64,000 nt of DNA from assembly GCA_965601925.1 (NCBI GenBank), contig OZ271854.1, positions 4,960,001-5,024,000 of the forward strand, read 5' to 3'. Under the pieces are notes generated by a model. The model was not told the DNA's origin and ran no database searches. It saw only the letters and a list, made by a program, of their open reading frames with translations. The position numbers and the translations under genes were made by a program. Shown piece by piece: positions 28,736 through 37,870 of this stretch. The DNA is from Alkalispirochaeta sp. (lineage in GTDB: Bacteria; Spirochaetota; Spirochaetia; DSM-27196; Alkalispirochaetaceae). Every line of letters starts with the position of its first letter. Positions within the stretch are counted from its first letter, which is position 1.

Positions 28736-29334
28736 GCGTCCTCCTTCGTGTCGGTAAGGGTATGTATGATCATGGTCTTGCAGAGTCGCCAGCTCGCCAC
28801 GTACTCGTCGGAGTCGGTCACGGCGAGAAGGTGAAGTCCAAATCCATCGAGTACAGTGAGGATGAGCCTCGCACACTCCTCGATCCGCCGCCGATCCGTC
28901 GTAACGTCGCGGCAGCTCACAAAGCGAGCCGTCAGCTGATCGACCAAGTTGCGTAGTAACTCGGTGAACGAGCGGCGCAGATGGTCGGCGTGCACGCCCT
29001 CGTGAAAAAAGGCAAGGAGTGCCGTGTGGAGCTTTTTGCGATCCGGCGGCGGGGAGAAGAGGTCGTCGCTCAACGCGTCGAGCACCTCCTCGACCGATCC
29101 ACGCCCTGACGGCTCGACCACCTCCATCAGCTTGGCTCCTACGTGCTCCAAGAGCGCCGCGGGAATCAGCCGCGTAGACGGAAAGTGGTGAAAGACATTG
29201 CTCTTGCTGATGCCGGCGGCGTGCGCCAGCTTCCCGGCGGTCATCCCGGCGACGCCGTGCCGCGATACGAGTTCCACCGCGGCCTCCAGTACCGCATCGC
29301 GTGTGTGGGCGCCGTTAGCCAGTCGCTTGTCCAT
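28732..29334 (-). CDS. TetR/AcrR family regulator
   Basis: TRDAVLEAA..LAHAAGISKSNVFHHFPS HTH. Confidence 0.92.
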   Translation of the reverse strand: MDKRLANGAHTRDAVLEAAVELVSRHGVAGMTAGKLAHAAGISKSNVFHHFPSTRLIPAALLEHVGAKLMEVVEPSGRGSVEEVLDALSDDLFSPPPDRKKLHTALLAFFHEGVHADHLRRSFTELLRNLVDQLTARFVSCRDVTTDRRRIEECARLILTVLDGFGLHLLAVTDSDEYVASWRLCKTMIIHTLTDTKEDA

Positions 29335-29336
29335 CG

Positions 29337-29888
29337 TTAGCTCCCCTCCACGCCTTCATTCTGCAGAGGATACTCCGTAGCTCCCCGACCCACGGCGACC
29401 GCGACGGATATCAAAGACCGCGGAGAGAGCGTATTCAGCCGGAGCATGCCCTTTATATCTCGAAGTGCGAGAAACCCACGAACAAGGAACAGGAGCGCGA
29501 GAGTATGAATACCGATACCAATCCAATCCGGAATCGCGATATACACTCCAAGGTCCGCCATCATTAATGCGATTCCAAACGCGTACGCGGTGAGTGAGTT
29601 CCGGGCCGCGTGCGCGACGATCGCCAGGATTACAATCGGCAGCGCGTTGAGGAGAAGCGTCAGAGCCACGCTGTCAGTCAGTTCGCCCACGGATGGTATG
29701 AGGACAAATGTAAGTCCCAAGCTGACGGAGAACGGCATTTCGATCCCCAAGAATGGGAGACCCGTTTGAAGGGCGATTTGGAGTATCGACAGGCCGACGA
29801 ACCAGTGAAACCAGCTGATTCCCCCTTTCAACCGCTTCAGAAGTACTTCGAGCTTCGCGGTGTGGTTAAACGACGACGTATCATGCAT
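29337..29888 (-). CDS. Hypothetical membrane protein
   Basis: 183 aa, about 4 TM, SD AAAGGA; AT-richer than flanks. Confidence 0.65.
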   Translation of the reverse strand: MHDTSSFNHTAKLEVLLKRLKGGISWFHWFVGLSILQIALQTGLPFLGIEMPFSVSLGLTFVLIPSVGELTDSVALTLLLNALPIVILAIVAHAARNSLTAYAFGIALMMADLGVYIAIPDWIGIGIHTLALLFLVRGFLALRDIKGMLRLNTLSPRSLISVAVAVGRGATEYPLQNEGVEGS

Positions 29889-30025
29889 ATCTCAGATCCT
29901 TTCGTAAAATCGTAAACGTATCGACTGCGTACACTTACCATCGACTCCAAGGAGTGCGCGACCTCCGGTGCCGCATCGCTTGTGCGGGTGCCGTCGGCCG
30001 GTCGCCTACTCCTCTCTTCTCGGTT

Positions 30026-30054
30026 ACTATAATACTAACCGATCGATCGGTCAA
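30026..30054 (-). promoter_or_regulatory. sigma70 promoter with TetR-type palindromic operator
   Basis: TTGACC - 17 bp - TATAGT; perfect 14-bp palindrome ACCGATCGATCGGT (30038-30051) overlaps the -35 and spacer. Confidence 0.85.
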
Positions 30055-30374
30055 TATCTTTGGACACCCGGGCACGGTATGGGCGATCGAAGTGGAAGTC
30101 GGCGGGAAGTGCAGACAGTGCGTATCACGTACAGGAGGTACGAAGTCGTGAAAACGTGAACGGCAGGCGCGAGGAACGCAAACTTCGTCGGCACGCAGCC
30201 ATCGCCCCCGCTCCCCTCACCACCATCCCATCAAGCGGCACCGGGCGCGTGTTTTACGCTTGCGAGACGGTGGCTGTGGAACGACGCGACTTCTGGCCCC
30301 TAGGGCCTGCTGAGCGTCGGCACGCTGCCACCGTCTCGCGACTCAGTTACAAGCACGCGCAGCCGGAGACACTC

Positions 30375-31214
30375 TTAGTAGCGCGTGTCGACGAGGGCCT
30401 TACGCGTTTTGTCGAGGTTTCGTACCGTCTCATCGCTCCGCGAGAGGGCTACACCTACCGCCAACGTATCGATTACGCTCAACTGGGCGATACGCGAGGA
30501 CATCGGCTCAAACTTGAATTGCGTCTCCGTGGAAGCTACGCACAGGCTATGGCGCGCCGCGCTCGACACCGGCGATTTGCCGTGGCTCACGATCGCCACG
30601 GTTTCGGCTTTTGCTTTGTTGGCGGTCTCGACCGCGCGCACCACTTCCAACGTGGCGCCGGAGTGGGAAATTGCAACGAACACACTGTGCGCATCCAACA
30701 TCGAAGCGGCCATGATCGCCATGTGGGTATCGTTGAACCACTGACAGGGAATGCCGATGCGAAAAAACTTGTGATACGCATCCATCGCAACCACGCCCGA
30801 TCCACCGAGGCCGTAAAATACCAGCCTCGTCGCGGTAACCATCAGCTCGGTGACGCGCGTTACGGCGTCGAAATCGAGGGTCGATACGGTGCTCCGGATC
30901 GCCGCGATGTTGGAGTCGAATACCTTGCGGACGAGCTCCGGCGCAGCCTCGGTCCCGTCGACCGATTCGTGAATGTTGCGTACCGCCGGGATCGTCGCCT
31001 GGGCGAGATAGATCTTAAAGTCTTGAAATCCGCGAAATCCGAGTCTGCGGGAGAACCGTAGCACCGTCGGCTCACTCACTCCCGCATTCTCGGCCAGTTC
31101 GCTGATCGATGAATGGACTACCGCTTGAGCGTTTTCCAGGACGAATCGGGCGACCTTCATCTCCGACTTCCGGAGACTGGCGAGGTGGTCGGAGATGAAG
31201 CGCAGATCGGCCAT
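30375..31214 (-). CDS. RpiR/HexR family regulator (HTH plus SIS)
   Basis: SISELAENAGVSEPTVLRFSRRLGFRGFQDFK, GLGGS, ISHSG, SSRIAQL. Confidence 0.94.
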   Translation of the reverse strand: MADLRFISDHLASLRKSEMKVARFVLENAQAVVHSSISELAENAGVSEPTVLRFSRRLGFRGFQDFKIYLAQATIPAVRNIHESVDGTEAAPELVRKVFDSNIAAIRSTVSTLDFDAVTRVTELMVTATRLVFYGLGGSGVVAMDAYHKFFRIGIPCQWFNDTHMAIMAASMLDAHSVFVAISHSGATLEVVRAVETANKAKAETVAIVSHGKSPVSSAARHSLCVASTETQFKFEPMSSRIAQLSVIDTLAVGVALSRSDETVRNLDKTRKALVDTRY

Positions 31215-31221
31215 TGTCGTC

Positions 31222-32163
31222 CTACGATTGGGGAACGAACGATCCGTTTTCGAGTTCGAGACCGAGTGTATCGAACCCGGAACGGATCCACTCTCGAATC
31301 CGACCGTAGCGCCCGTCGTCGAAGGGTGGAAGCATCATCGGCTTGCGCGGAACGCCGGCGTCGAACCCTCGCGCGTACAGTCCCATGTGAGATGCGATGG
31401 TACTATCGGTGAAGTGCATCTTTCTACTCAAGTCCATCACCACTGTATATGCTTTCTCGGCCCGTTGCCAGTCCCGGTCGAAGGTGGCCCGAAACAGCTC
31501 GGTCATAATCTCAGGCGCCCAGTTGTTCATTCCGGCGATCGCCGCGTTTACGCCCATGTGGTGGAGCGGAAGCCATCCGGTGGACGTTCCAAGGATAATC
31601 TCGAGCGAGCCCCCGGCGACGCGATTCTCATACGCTAAGGTGGAGAGAAAGGCGACGTTGAGCGGACTGTCTTTCAACCCTTTTAGGCCGTAGGATGCGA
31701 GTTCCCGGACCACGGGGAGAGAGAACGTGTAGCGCGACGTGGCCGGATTGTTGTATGCATAGACCGGCACGCGTACCGCGTCGATCAACTCCTTGTAGAA
31801 CGAGAGCACGACCTCGTCGGAGTGCTTATAGTAAAAGGGAGGTACAGCGGCCACTCCGTCGACGCCTACGCGTTCCGCCTCGACGGCCAACTCGATAGTC
31901 GCACCGGTATCGATTGCACCGACGTGGGCGATGAGCACTCGCCCCTCACCGACCTTGTCGGCGACGCCCCGAGCGGACTCAAAGACGCGCACTCGCTCGG
32001 CCACGCTCATAAGCGGCCCCGCACCGTAGGAACCGGTCAAGAAAAGCCCGTTTACACCGTGGGAAAACATCCATTCCATGTGCCACTCGGTCTTGTCGCG
32101 GTCGATCTCTCCGGAAGAATCGAATATCGTAATGTTGGGAACTAAAGAACCTTTGATCATCAT
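31222..32163 (-). CDS. DHDPS/NAL family aldolase or dehydratase
   Basis: GSYG, PPFYY, YNNP and LKDS (Schiff-base Lys). Confidence 0.88.
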   Translation of the reverse strand: MMIKGSLVPNITIFDSSGEIDRDKTEWHMEWMFSHGVNGLFLTGSYGAGPLMSVAERVRVFESARGVADKVGEGRVLIAHVGAIDTGATIELAVEAERVGVDGVAAVPPFYYKHSDEVVLSFYKELIDAVRVPVYAYNNPATSRYTFSLPVVRELASYGLKGLKDSPLNVAFLSTLAYENRVAGGSLEIILGTSTGWLPLHHMGVNAAIAGMNNWAPEIMTELFRATFDRDWQRAEKAYTVVMDLSRKMHFTDSTIASHMGLYARGFDAGVPRKPMMLPPFDDGRYGRIREWIRSGFDTLGLELENGSFVPQS

Positions 32164-33146
32164 TGACTCCTTTCTTGTGTTTTGAGAGGGATCTCTCCTG
32201 CGTTCACGGCCCGATCGATTTGGCCGTCGTCCATAATTGCCAATACGTTGTCCGCCACTCGACGCGAGACGAGGGCGCTCGTCTCGACCGACGTAGCGGC
32301 TATATGGGGTGTGATGACGGCCCGTGTGCGTCTCAACGGTGAGTCGAGGGGAAGCGGCTCGACGGAGAAGGCGTCCAGGGCGGCGCCCGCGATCGTACCG
32401 CGCTCAAGGGCCTCGGCGAGAGCCTCCTCGTCGACAACCCCGCCCCGGGAGGTGTTGATCAACACGGCGTTACGCTTCATAAGCGCCAACGCTCGCCGAT
32501 CGATGAGATGTTTCGTCGCGGCGGTAAGCGGAACGGTGAGAACGATCCAGTCGGCGCGGCGAAAGAGTTCTTCGGCGTCGCGCGCCGTCTCGACCCCGGT
32601 GACGTGCGCCCACTCGTCGTCCAGATTGGGATCCAACCCCAGAACGTCGGCGTGAAATCCCGAGAGAAGCTCCACCACCCTGCGGCCGATGTTTCCCAAT
32701 CCGACGATGCCTACCGTACTGCCGGCGATCTCGCGTCCCGCACGGCGACTCCACGTTCCCGAACGCACCCCGTCGATGTGCTCATGAATCATGCGACCCG
32801 CGACCAACATGAGCGCCACGGTCAGCTCGGCCACCGCGTTTTTGTTAACCCCCGATACATTGGCGACGAGTATTCCCGAGCGCGTCGCCGCCGCGACATC
32901 GATGCCGTCTAGTCCGGTACCGTGCATATGCACCAGTTTGAGACGATCGGCTGCGGCGAAGACCGTTTTGTCCACCTGATCGTTGCCCACGATGAGGACG
33001 TCGACGCCGCGTATCTCCGTAGCGATCCGGCCCGAATCGAAGGGGCCGTCGTCCAGTCGTGTCACGCTCCATCCGCGATCCTCGAGACGGCGGATCGCCT
33101 CGGGTTCGTGCGCGCCGAAGGAGCGCGAGGTGACGAGAACGTTCAC
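32160..33146 (-). CDS. D-2-hydroxyacid dehydrogenase (SerA-like)
   Basis: GIVGLGNIG, LINTSRGGVVDE, ALDAFSVEP, TPHIA. Confidence 0.9.
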   Translation of the reverse strand: MNVLVTSRSFGAHEPEAIRRLEDRGWSVTRLDDGPFDSGRIATEIRGVDVLIVGNDQVDKTVFAAADRLKLVHMHGTGLDGIDVAAATRSGILVANVSGVNKNAVAELTVALMLVAGRMIHEHIDGVRSGTWSRRAGREIAGSTVGIVGLGNIGRRVVELLSGFHADVLGLDPNLDDEWAHVTGVETARDAEELFRRADWIVLTVPLTAATKHLIDRRALALMKRNAVLINTSRGGVVDEEALAEALERGTIAGAALDAFSVEPLPLDSPLRRTRAVITPHIAATSVETSALVSRRVADNVLAIMDDGQIDRAVNAGEIPLKTQERSQ

Positions 33147-34681
33147 GGTGCACCCTCCGTCGACGGGAGATAGCGATCCATACGTGCAACGGCGGCGAGA
33201 TGGTCTTGGTAGCGCTGCGAGTAGCGCTCGACGAGATCGGCACGCGGTCGATACAGGCCGTGGCCGGGTGGGGAGCCTCCCTCGCCGTCCGGCGTCTCTC
33301 GCGGCTCGGGCGGTGTGAACTCGGTCCCGGGGAGTATCCCGAGGGCGACAAATCCAACGATCGCGGCGCCGAGGAGCGACGCCTCGGGATTCGGGCGCGT
33401 GAGGAGAGGGCGATCGAGCACGGTGGCCATAGTCTGCGCTACCACCGACGACTGCGACAGTCCGCCGCTGAGGATGATTGGGCTCCGGTTGGGTACCGTG
33501 CGATCGATCACATGCAGCACCGAAAGCAGATCGAAAGCGACGGCCTCAATGAGGGCACGCGCGATGTGCCGCCGATCGTGCCGCGGCCGCAGTCCGATGA
33601 GCGCTCCGGGGAGCGTATCGTTCCAATGGGGACTTCTCGCCGGCCTGAGATACGGAAGAAACGTGAGCGGATCGGGTTCGTCCGGAAGGTCGTCAATCGC
33701 CTCCAGAAGCTCGGCAGGAGATGTCGACGACGGGTGATTATCGCTCAATCCGGCGACCCATGCCAGAGCGTTTCCGACGTTGGAGAGTATACCGCCGTAT
33801 ACCCAGCGGTTCTCGTTCAAGCAGTAGCACCATAGCGCCCCCTGGTCATCGGTTGCGGGACGATCGGTAACGACACGCACCGCGCCGGATGTGCCGAGGT
33901 CGATGTTAACCGCCCCGACGTCTCCTGCACCGGCTCCCACATTGGCCAAAGGGCCGTCCCCTCCTCCCAGAACGATCTTCGTCTCCGGCGGGAGCCCAAG
34001 ATCGCCCAGTACCCCGCGATGTGTCGCGGTGATCGCCACGGCACCGTCGACCGGTTGCGACAGCCGATCGGGCGTTATACCGGCGAGACGCAGCGCCTCG
34101 GCGTTCCACATCCGCTTCGTGATGTCCAAAAGCCCGGTCGATGAGGCCATGGACCAATCGACGCGCACCTCATCGATGAAGAGCTGGAGCACGTACTCTT
34201 TGATCGAAACGAATCGCTCGGCCGCGGCAAACAGCGAGGGATCGTTCTCGCGCAACCACCGAATCTTCGCCGCGGGATAGATCGAGCTCGGCGGGCATCC
34301 GGTGACGCTATAGAGAGTACCGGTTGTGCATTCGTCGACCATGGCGCGCGCCTGCGAGCCGGCTCGTCCATCGGACCACAGGATGTTATTGGTGATCGGG
34401 TGTCGATGCGCATCGAGGGCGATCAGGCTATACATCTGCGACGAGAAACTCAGTGCGCGCACCCGCTGAGCGTCCTCTCCGGCGTCGGTGATGCACTCTC
34501 GAATCGTCCGACACACCGCAGCGCGCACCTCATCGGGGTCCTGCTCCTCAAAGGTCGGATGCGGCCGGTACGTGGGATAGGTCTCCTTCGCCCGGGAAAG
34601 CACCCGACCGTGCGAATCCACAACCATGGCGCGACACGACGAGGTTCCGATATCGACGGCGCATACAAGCACGGATACCAT
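33143..34681 (-). CDS. FGGY family carbohydrate kinase (gluconokinase-like)
   Basis: VDIGTSS, LWSDGRA, SIKEY, GGGDGPLANVGAG, GTSGAVR, WCY. Confidence 0.85.
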   Translation of the reverse strand: MVSVLVCAVDIGTSSCRAMVVDSHGRVLSRAKETYPTYRPHPTFEEQDPDEVRAAVCRTIRECITDAGEDAQRVRALSFSSQMYSLIALDAHRHPITNNILWSDGRAGSQARAMVDECTTGTLYSVTGCPPSSIYPAAKIRWLRENDPSLFAAAERFVSIKEYVLQLFIDEVRVDWSMASSTGLLDITKRMWNAEALRLAGITPDRLSQPVDGAVAITATHRGVLGDLGLPPETKIVLGGGDGPLANVGAGAGDVGAVNIDLGTSGAVRVVTDRPATDDQGALWCYCLNENRWVYGGILSNVGNALAWVAGLSDNHPSSTSPAELLEAIDDLPDEPDPLTFLPYLRPARSPHWNDTLPGALIGLRPRHDRRHIARALIEAVAFDLLSVLHVIDRTVPNRSPIILSGGLSQSSVVAQTMATVLDRPLLTRPNPEASLLGAAIVGFVALGILPGTEFTPPEPRETPDGEGGSPPGHGLYRPRADLVERYSQRYQDHLAAVARMDRYLPSTEGAP

Positions 34682-34689
34682 ACTGCGCC

Positions 34690-35970
34690 TCAGTTATAGA
34701 GTCGAAACACGTATCGCGGGAGAAACGTGATGATCTCGGGGAAGAGCGCTGAGACGAACAGCGCTGCGTACACCGCCGCGATGAACGGGAGGAGTTCCCG
34801 AACCACGGCTCCCAGCGGCTTACCGGAGGTCGAACACCCGGTATATATCAGCGTTCCGACCGGCGGCGTAATGAGACCTGCGGTGAGCACGCTACAGAAA
34901 AAGACGCCGAAGTAGATCGGATCGACGCCGAAGGCCGCCACAGGCGCCATGAAAATCGGCGTGAGAATCAGAATTGCCGGCGTCAGATCCATGATCATGC
35001 CGATCACCAGGAGAATGCCGAACGATACGACCATGAAGAGTACGGACGAGTCGATACCGCCGACCATGGCCGCGGTAACGTCCTGGGGGACGCGATCGTA
35101 GGTGAGCACCCACGCGACGGCCGTCGCCGCGCCGACGATCGCCATCACCATACCGGAACCGAGCATCGCGCGTTTTACCATCTCGGGAAACGCGCTCCAT
35201 TTGAACTCCTTGTAGATAAACTGACCGACGAACCACGCGTAAACGACCGCGAAAGCGCTCGTCTCGGTCGCGGTCATCACGCCGCCGACGATGCTGCCGA
35301 AGATGAGGACGGGAAAGACCAACGCCCACACGACGCCCTTGGTCTCACCGAAGTCGATCTCCTCCACACCGACGCCGTAGCCGCGCTTTTTGGATACGAA
35401 ATATGCGACCGCGATTTGTGCGATCGCTATTAGCGCGCCGAGAACGATGCCGCCGGAAAAGAGGGCGCCGATCGAGTCGCCGGTAGTCGATCCGTACACG
35501 ATCATCGGGATCGAGGGCGGGATGATCGGACCGATGATTCCGCCTCCGGCAATGACCGCCGCCGAAAACGCCCGCCCGTAACCCTGGCGGATCATCGCCG
35601 GGTACAGAATCGCTCCGATCGCGATCGCGGTGGCGATCGCGGAGCCGTTAATTGCCGCGAAAAGGGCGCACGAGATGATCGCGACCAACGCCAAACCGCC
35701 GGGAACCCCTTTGACCAGCTTGGATACAGACGCCACAATGCGACGCGTCAGACCGCCACCGTTCATGATTTCCCCGGCGAGGATAAAAAAGAACATCGCC
35801 GTCAGACCGAAGTTATCCATCGAGACGAGAAACCGCTGGGCGAACACCAAGAGGTTCATCCCGTTCATGAGAAGCATCACAATCGCGGCTACCGCCAAGG
35901 ATAGTGCGATCGGCACACCCAGGACGAAAAAAACGCCGAAGAGTCCGAGATAGAGCGTCAGGGTATTCAT
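34690..35970 (-). CDS. dctM: TRAP large permease
   Basis: FFILAGEIMNGGG, IIPPSIP, TATET, ITPPVG; start at MNTLT. Confidence 0.93.
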   Translation of the reverse strand: MNTLTLYLGLFGVFFVLGVPIALSLAVAAIVMLLMNGMNLLVFAQRFLVSMDNFGLTAMFFFILAGEIMNGGGLTRRIVASVSKLVKGVPGGLALVAIISCALFAAINGSAIATAIAIGAILYPAMIRQGYGRAFSAAVIAGGGIIGPIIPPSIPMIVYGSTTGDSIGALFSGGIVLGALIAIAQIAVAYFVSKKRGYGVGVEEIDFGETKGVVWALVFPVLIFGSIVGGVMTATETSAFAVVYAWFVGQFIYKEFKWSAFPEMVKRAMLGSGMVMAIVGAATAVAWVLTYDRVPQDVTAAMVGGIDSSVLFMVVSFGILLVIGMIMDLTPAILILTPIFMAPVAAFGVDPIYFGVFFCSVLTAGLITPPVGTLIYTGCSTSGKPLGAVVRELLPFIAAVYAALFVSALFPEIITFLPRYVFRLYN

Positions 35971-36455
35971 TCCGACTCTCCCCGCCCACGGGCTAATCCG
36001 ACGACGCGACGGACGAGGCGCACCGACCCCACCGCGGCCCACACCGCTCCTGCGAGGAGGCCGGGGATCAAAAAAAGGGCGGTCGGCAAGTTAGTGGCGG
36101 CCAATGGAACGCCGCCGGTAAGATGGGTGTATCGCAATCCGTGGTATACGACGATGGCGCCGACCACACCCAGCGTCGCCTCGTACAGCAATCCGGAGAT
36201 GGCCCGCAACACCGCGTTGCGTTCAACGAGGGCCGTGAATCCAATGTGCTGATTACGAACGAACGCGCTCGTAATGGCGAAAAACATCGCCCATACGAAA
36301 ATCAGGCGTACGACTTCCTCCGCCCACGACAGGGCGTCGCGAAAGGCGTAGCGCGCGATCGCATTGCCGAACATGATCGTCGTCGCCGAAAGAGCCAACA
36401 CCACGACGACGGACTGTTCCGCGATGTGGAGTGACCGGACGAACTTGTTACTCAT
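35967..36455 (-). CDS. dctQ: TRAP small permease
   Basis: NAIARY, WAEEVVR, HIG motifs. Confidence 0.88.
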   Translation of the reverse strand: MSNKFVRSLHIAEQSVVVVLALSATTIMFGNAIARYAFRDALSWAEEVVRLIFVWAMFFAITSAFVRNQHIGFTALVERNAVLRAISGLLYEATLGVVGAIVVYHGLRYTHLTGGVPLAATNLPTALFLIPGLLAGAVWAAVGSVRLVRRVVGLARGRGESE

Positions 36456-36573
36456 GAATCACCGCCTTCGTGTATCAAGTGAAGCATCAGCCGCCGATGC
36501 CGCGGGACGTATCGGTACGGGTCGAGACGGATCTACGTCTCGACCGGCCTCTCTATGAGACGTGCCGGAAGGA

Positions 36574-37581
36574 CTACCGGCTCGCCTCGGCTGCGACTCG
36601 CTCCAAAAGCGCACGATACTCTTCACCGTAACGCTCGGCCGCCCATTCGTAGGCGGAGAGCGCCTCTTCGCGAAAGAGCTCCTTCTCAGCATCGGAGAGC
36701 TCGGTAACCTCAGCCTGCCCACCGATCTGCGAAAGATATTCGGTTTGCAGTTCCCGCCCCCGATTGCGTTGCCACAGACGAAGGTCATACACGGTCGTGG
36801 CGACGAGTTCCCGCACATCTTCCGGTAGTTGTGCCCAGCGACTCGCGGAGAAAAAGACCGGCACCGCGGAGTAGACGTGGTCGGACTTAGAAACATAGTT
36901 CTGTTGTTCATAAAACCGATTGGTCGCTATGAGCGAAAAGGGATTCTCCTGGCCGTCGACGACGTTCGTGGCAAGAGCGTTGTATATCTCGGTGAAAGGA
37001 AGCGGTGTCGGACTGGCGCCGATATTGCCGAAGTACTCGATATGTAGTTGGTTCTGCTGCACCCTCAGGCGTACGCCGTCGAGATCCTCAGGTCTTCGTA
37101 TTGGTCGAACATTATTGGTGAGCTGACGAAATCCGTTTTCCCAAAAAGCCAGGCCGATGAGACCGAAATCTTCCAACCCGTCGAGAAACTGCCGCCCGAT
37201 TTCCCCGTCGAGCACGCGGTCCGCCTGTTCCTCGTTCAAAAAGACGTAGGGAGATTCGAGTACGTAGTAGATAGGATTTATTTGACCCAGCGGCCCGGTC
37301 GTCGTGGGAAGCATATCCGTAACACCGGCCTGGAGCTGACCGATGATCTCGCCTTCCGAGCCAAGTTGCCCGCCGGGAAACACTTGTACATCGATGCGTG
37401 AATCGGCCTCTTCTATTAAACGCTCGAACTCAAGTGCGGCCTCGTGGATGGGACCGCCCGCGGTACCGTAACCGACGCGGATGATGAACTCTTCCCCTTC
37501 CGCCCCCTCGCCCTGCCCGTTTCCAAAGACCAGGGCGGCGATACATGCGAATAGTGTTAGTCCGATAACCGATCGTTTCAT
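36574..37581 (-). CDS. dctP: TRAP substrate-binding protein
   Basis: FPGGQLG, WENGFRQ, GVRLRV, PTPLPFTEIYNAL, DGQENP. Confidence 0.93.
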   Translation of the reverse strand: MKRSVIGLTLFACIAALVFGNGQGEGAEGEEFIIRVGYGTAGGPIHEAALEFERLIEEADSRIDVQVFPGGQLGSEGEIIGQLQAGVTDMLPTTTGPLGQINPIYYVLESPYVFLNEEQADRVLDGEIGRQFLDGLEDFGLIGLAFWENGFRQLTNNVRPIRRPEDLDGVRLRVQQNQLHIEYFGNIGASPTPLPFTEIYNALATNVVDGQENPFSLIATNRFYEQQNYVSKSDHVYSAVPVFFSASRWAQLPEDVRELVATTVYDLRLWQRNRGRELQTEYLSQIGGQAEVTELSDAEKELFREEALSAYEWAAERYGEEYRALLERVAAEASR

Positions 37582-37602
37582 AGACGAGTCCTCCTGAAAA
37601 GT

Positions 37603-37653
37603 TGTAAATTAACTTCGTAGTAATATTACACCCTATAAATCCTCGCCTGTCAA
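37603..37653 (-). promoter_or_regulatory. Promoter of the sugar-acid operon with HexR/RpiR-like operator(s)
   Basis: TTGACA -35 on the minus strand; cGTAGTaatATTACA (37616-37630) and weaker TGTAAattaACTTCG (37603-37617) resemble the TGTAAT-N3-ATTACA HexR box. Confidence 0.65.
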
Positions 37654-37870
37654 ACGTTTTTTTGCGTGAGCCGCGGAGCGGCGCTGCGACTTCGGTCGGT
37701 TGCGTGCATCGTCGAGGCACCGGAGGGAGGAAGTCCTGAGAAACATGAACGGCAGATGCGAGTGACGCATCCTTTGCCACCCCGGCCGCGCGGATTCACG
37801 CCGTCATCCCGCGATCATGTTGAAAGCGCGCGTAGGCGGGGATGCGCACCGCTATGCTACAATACGATCC

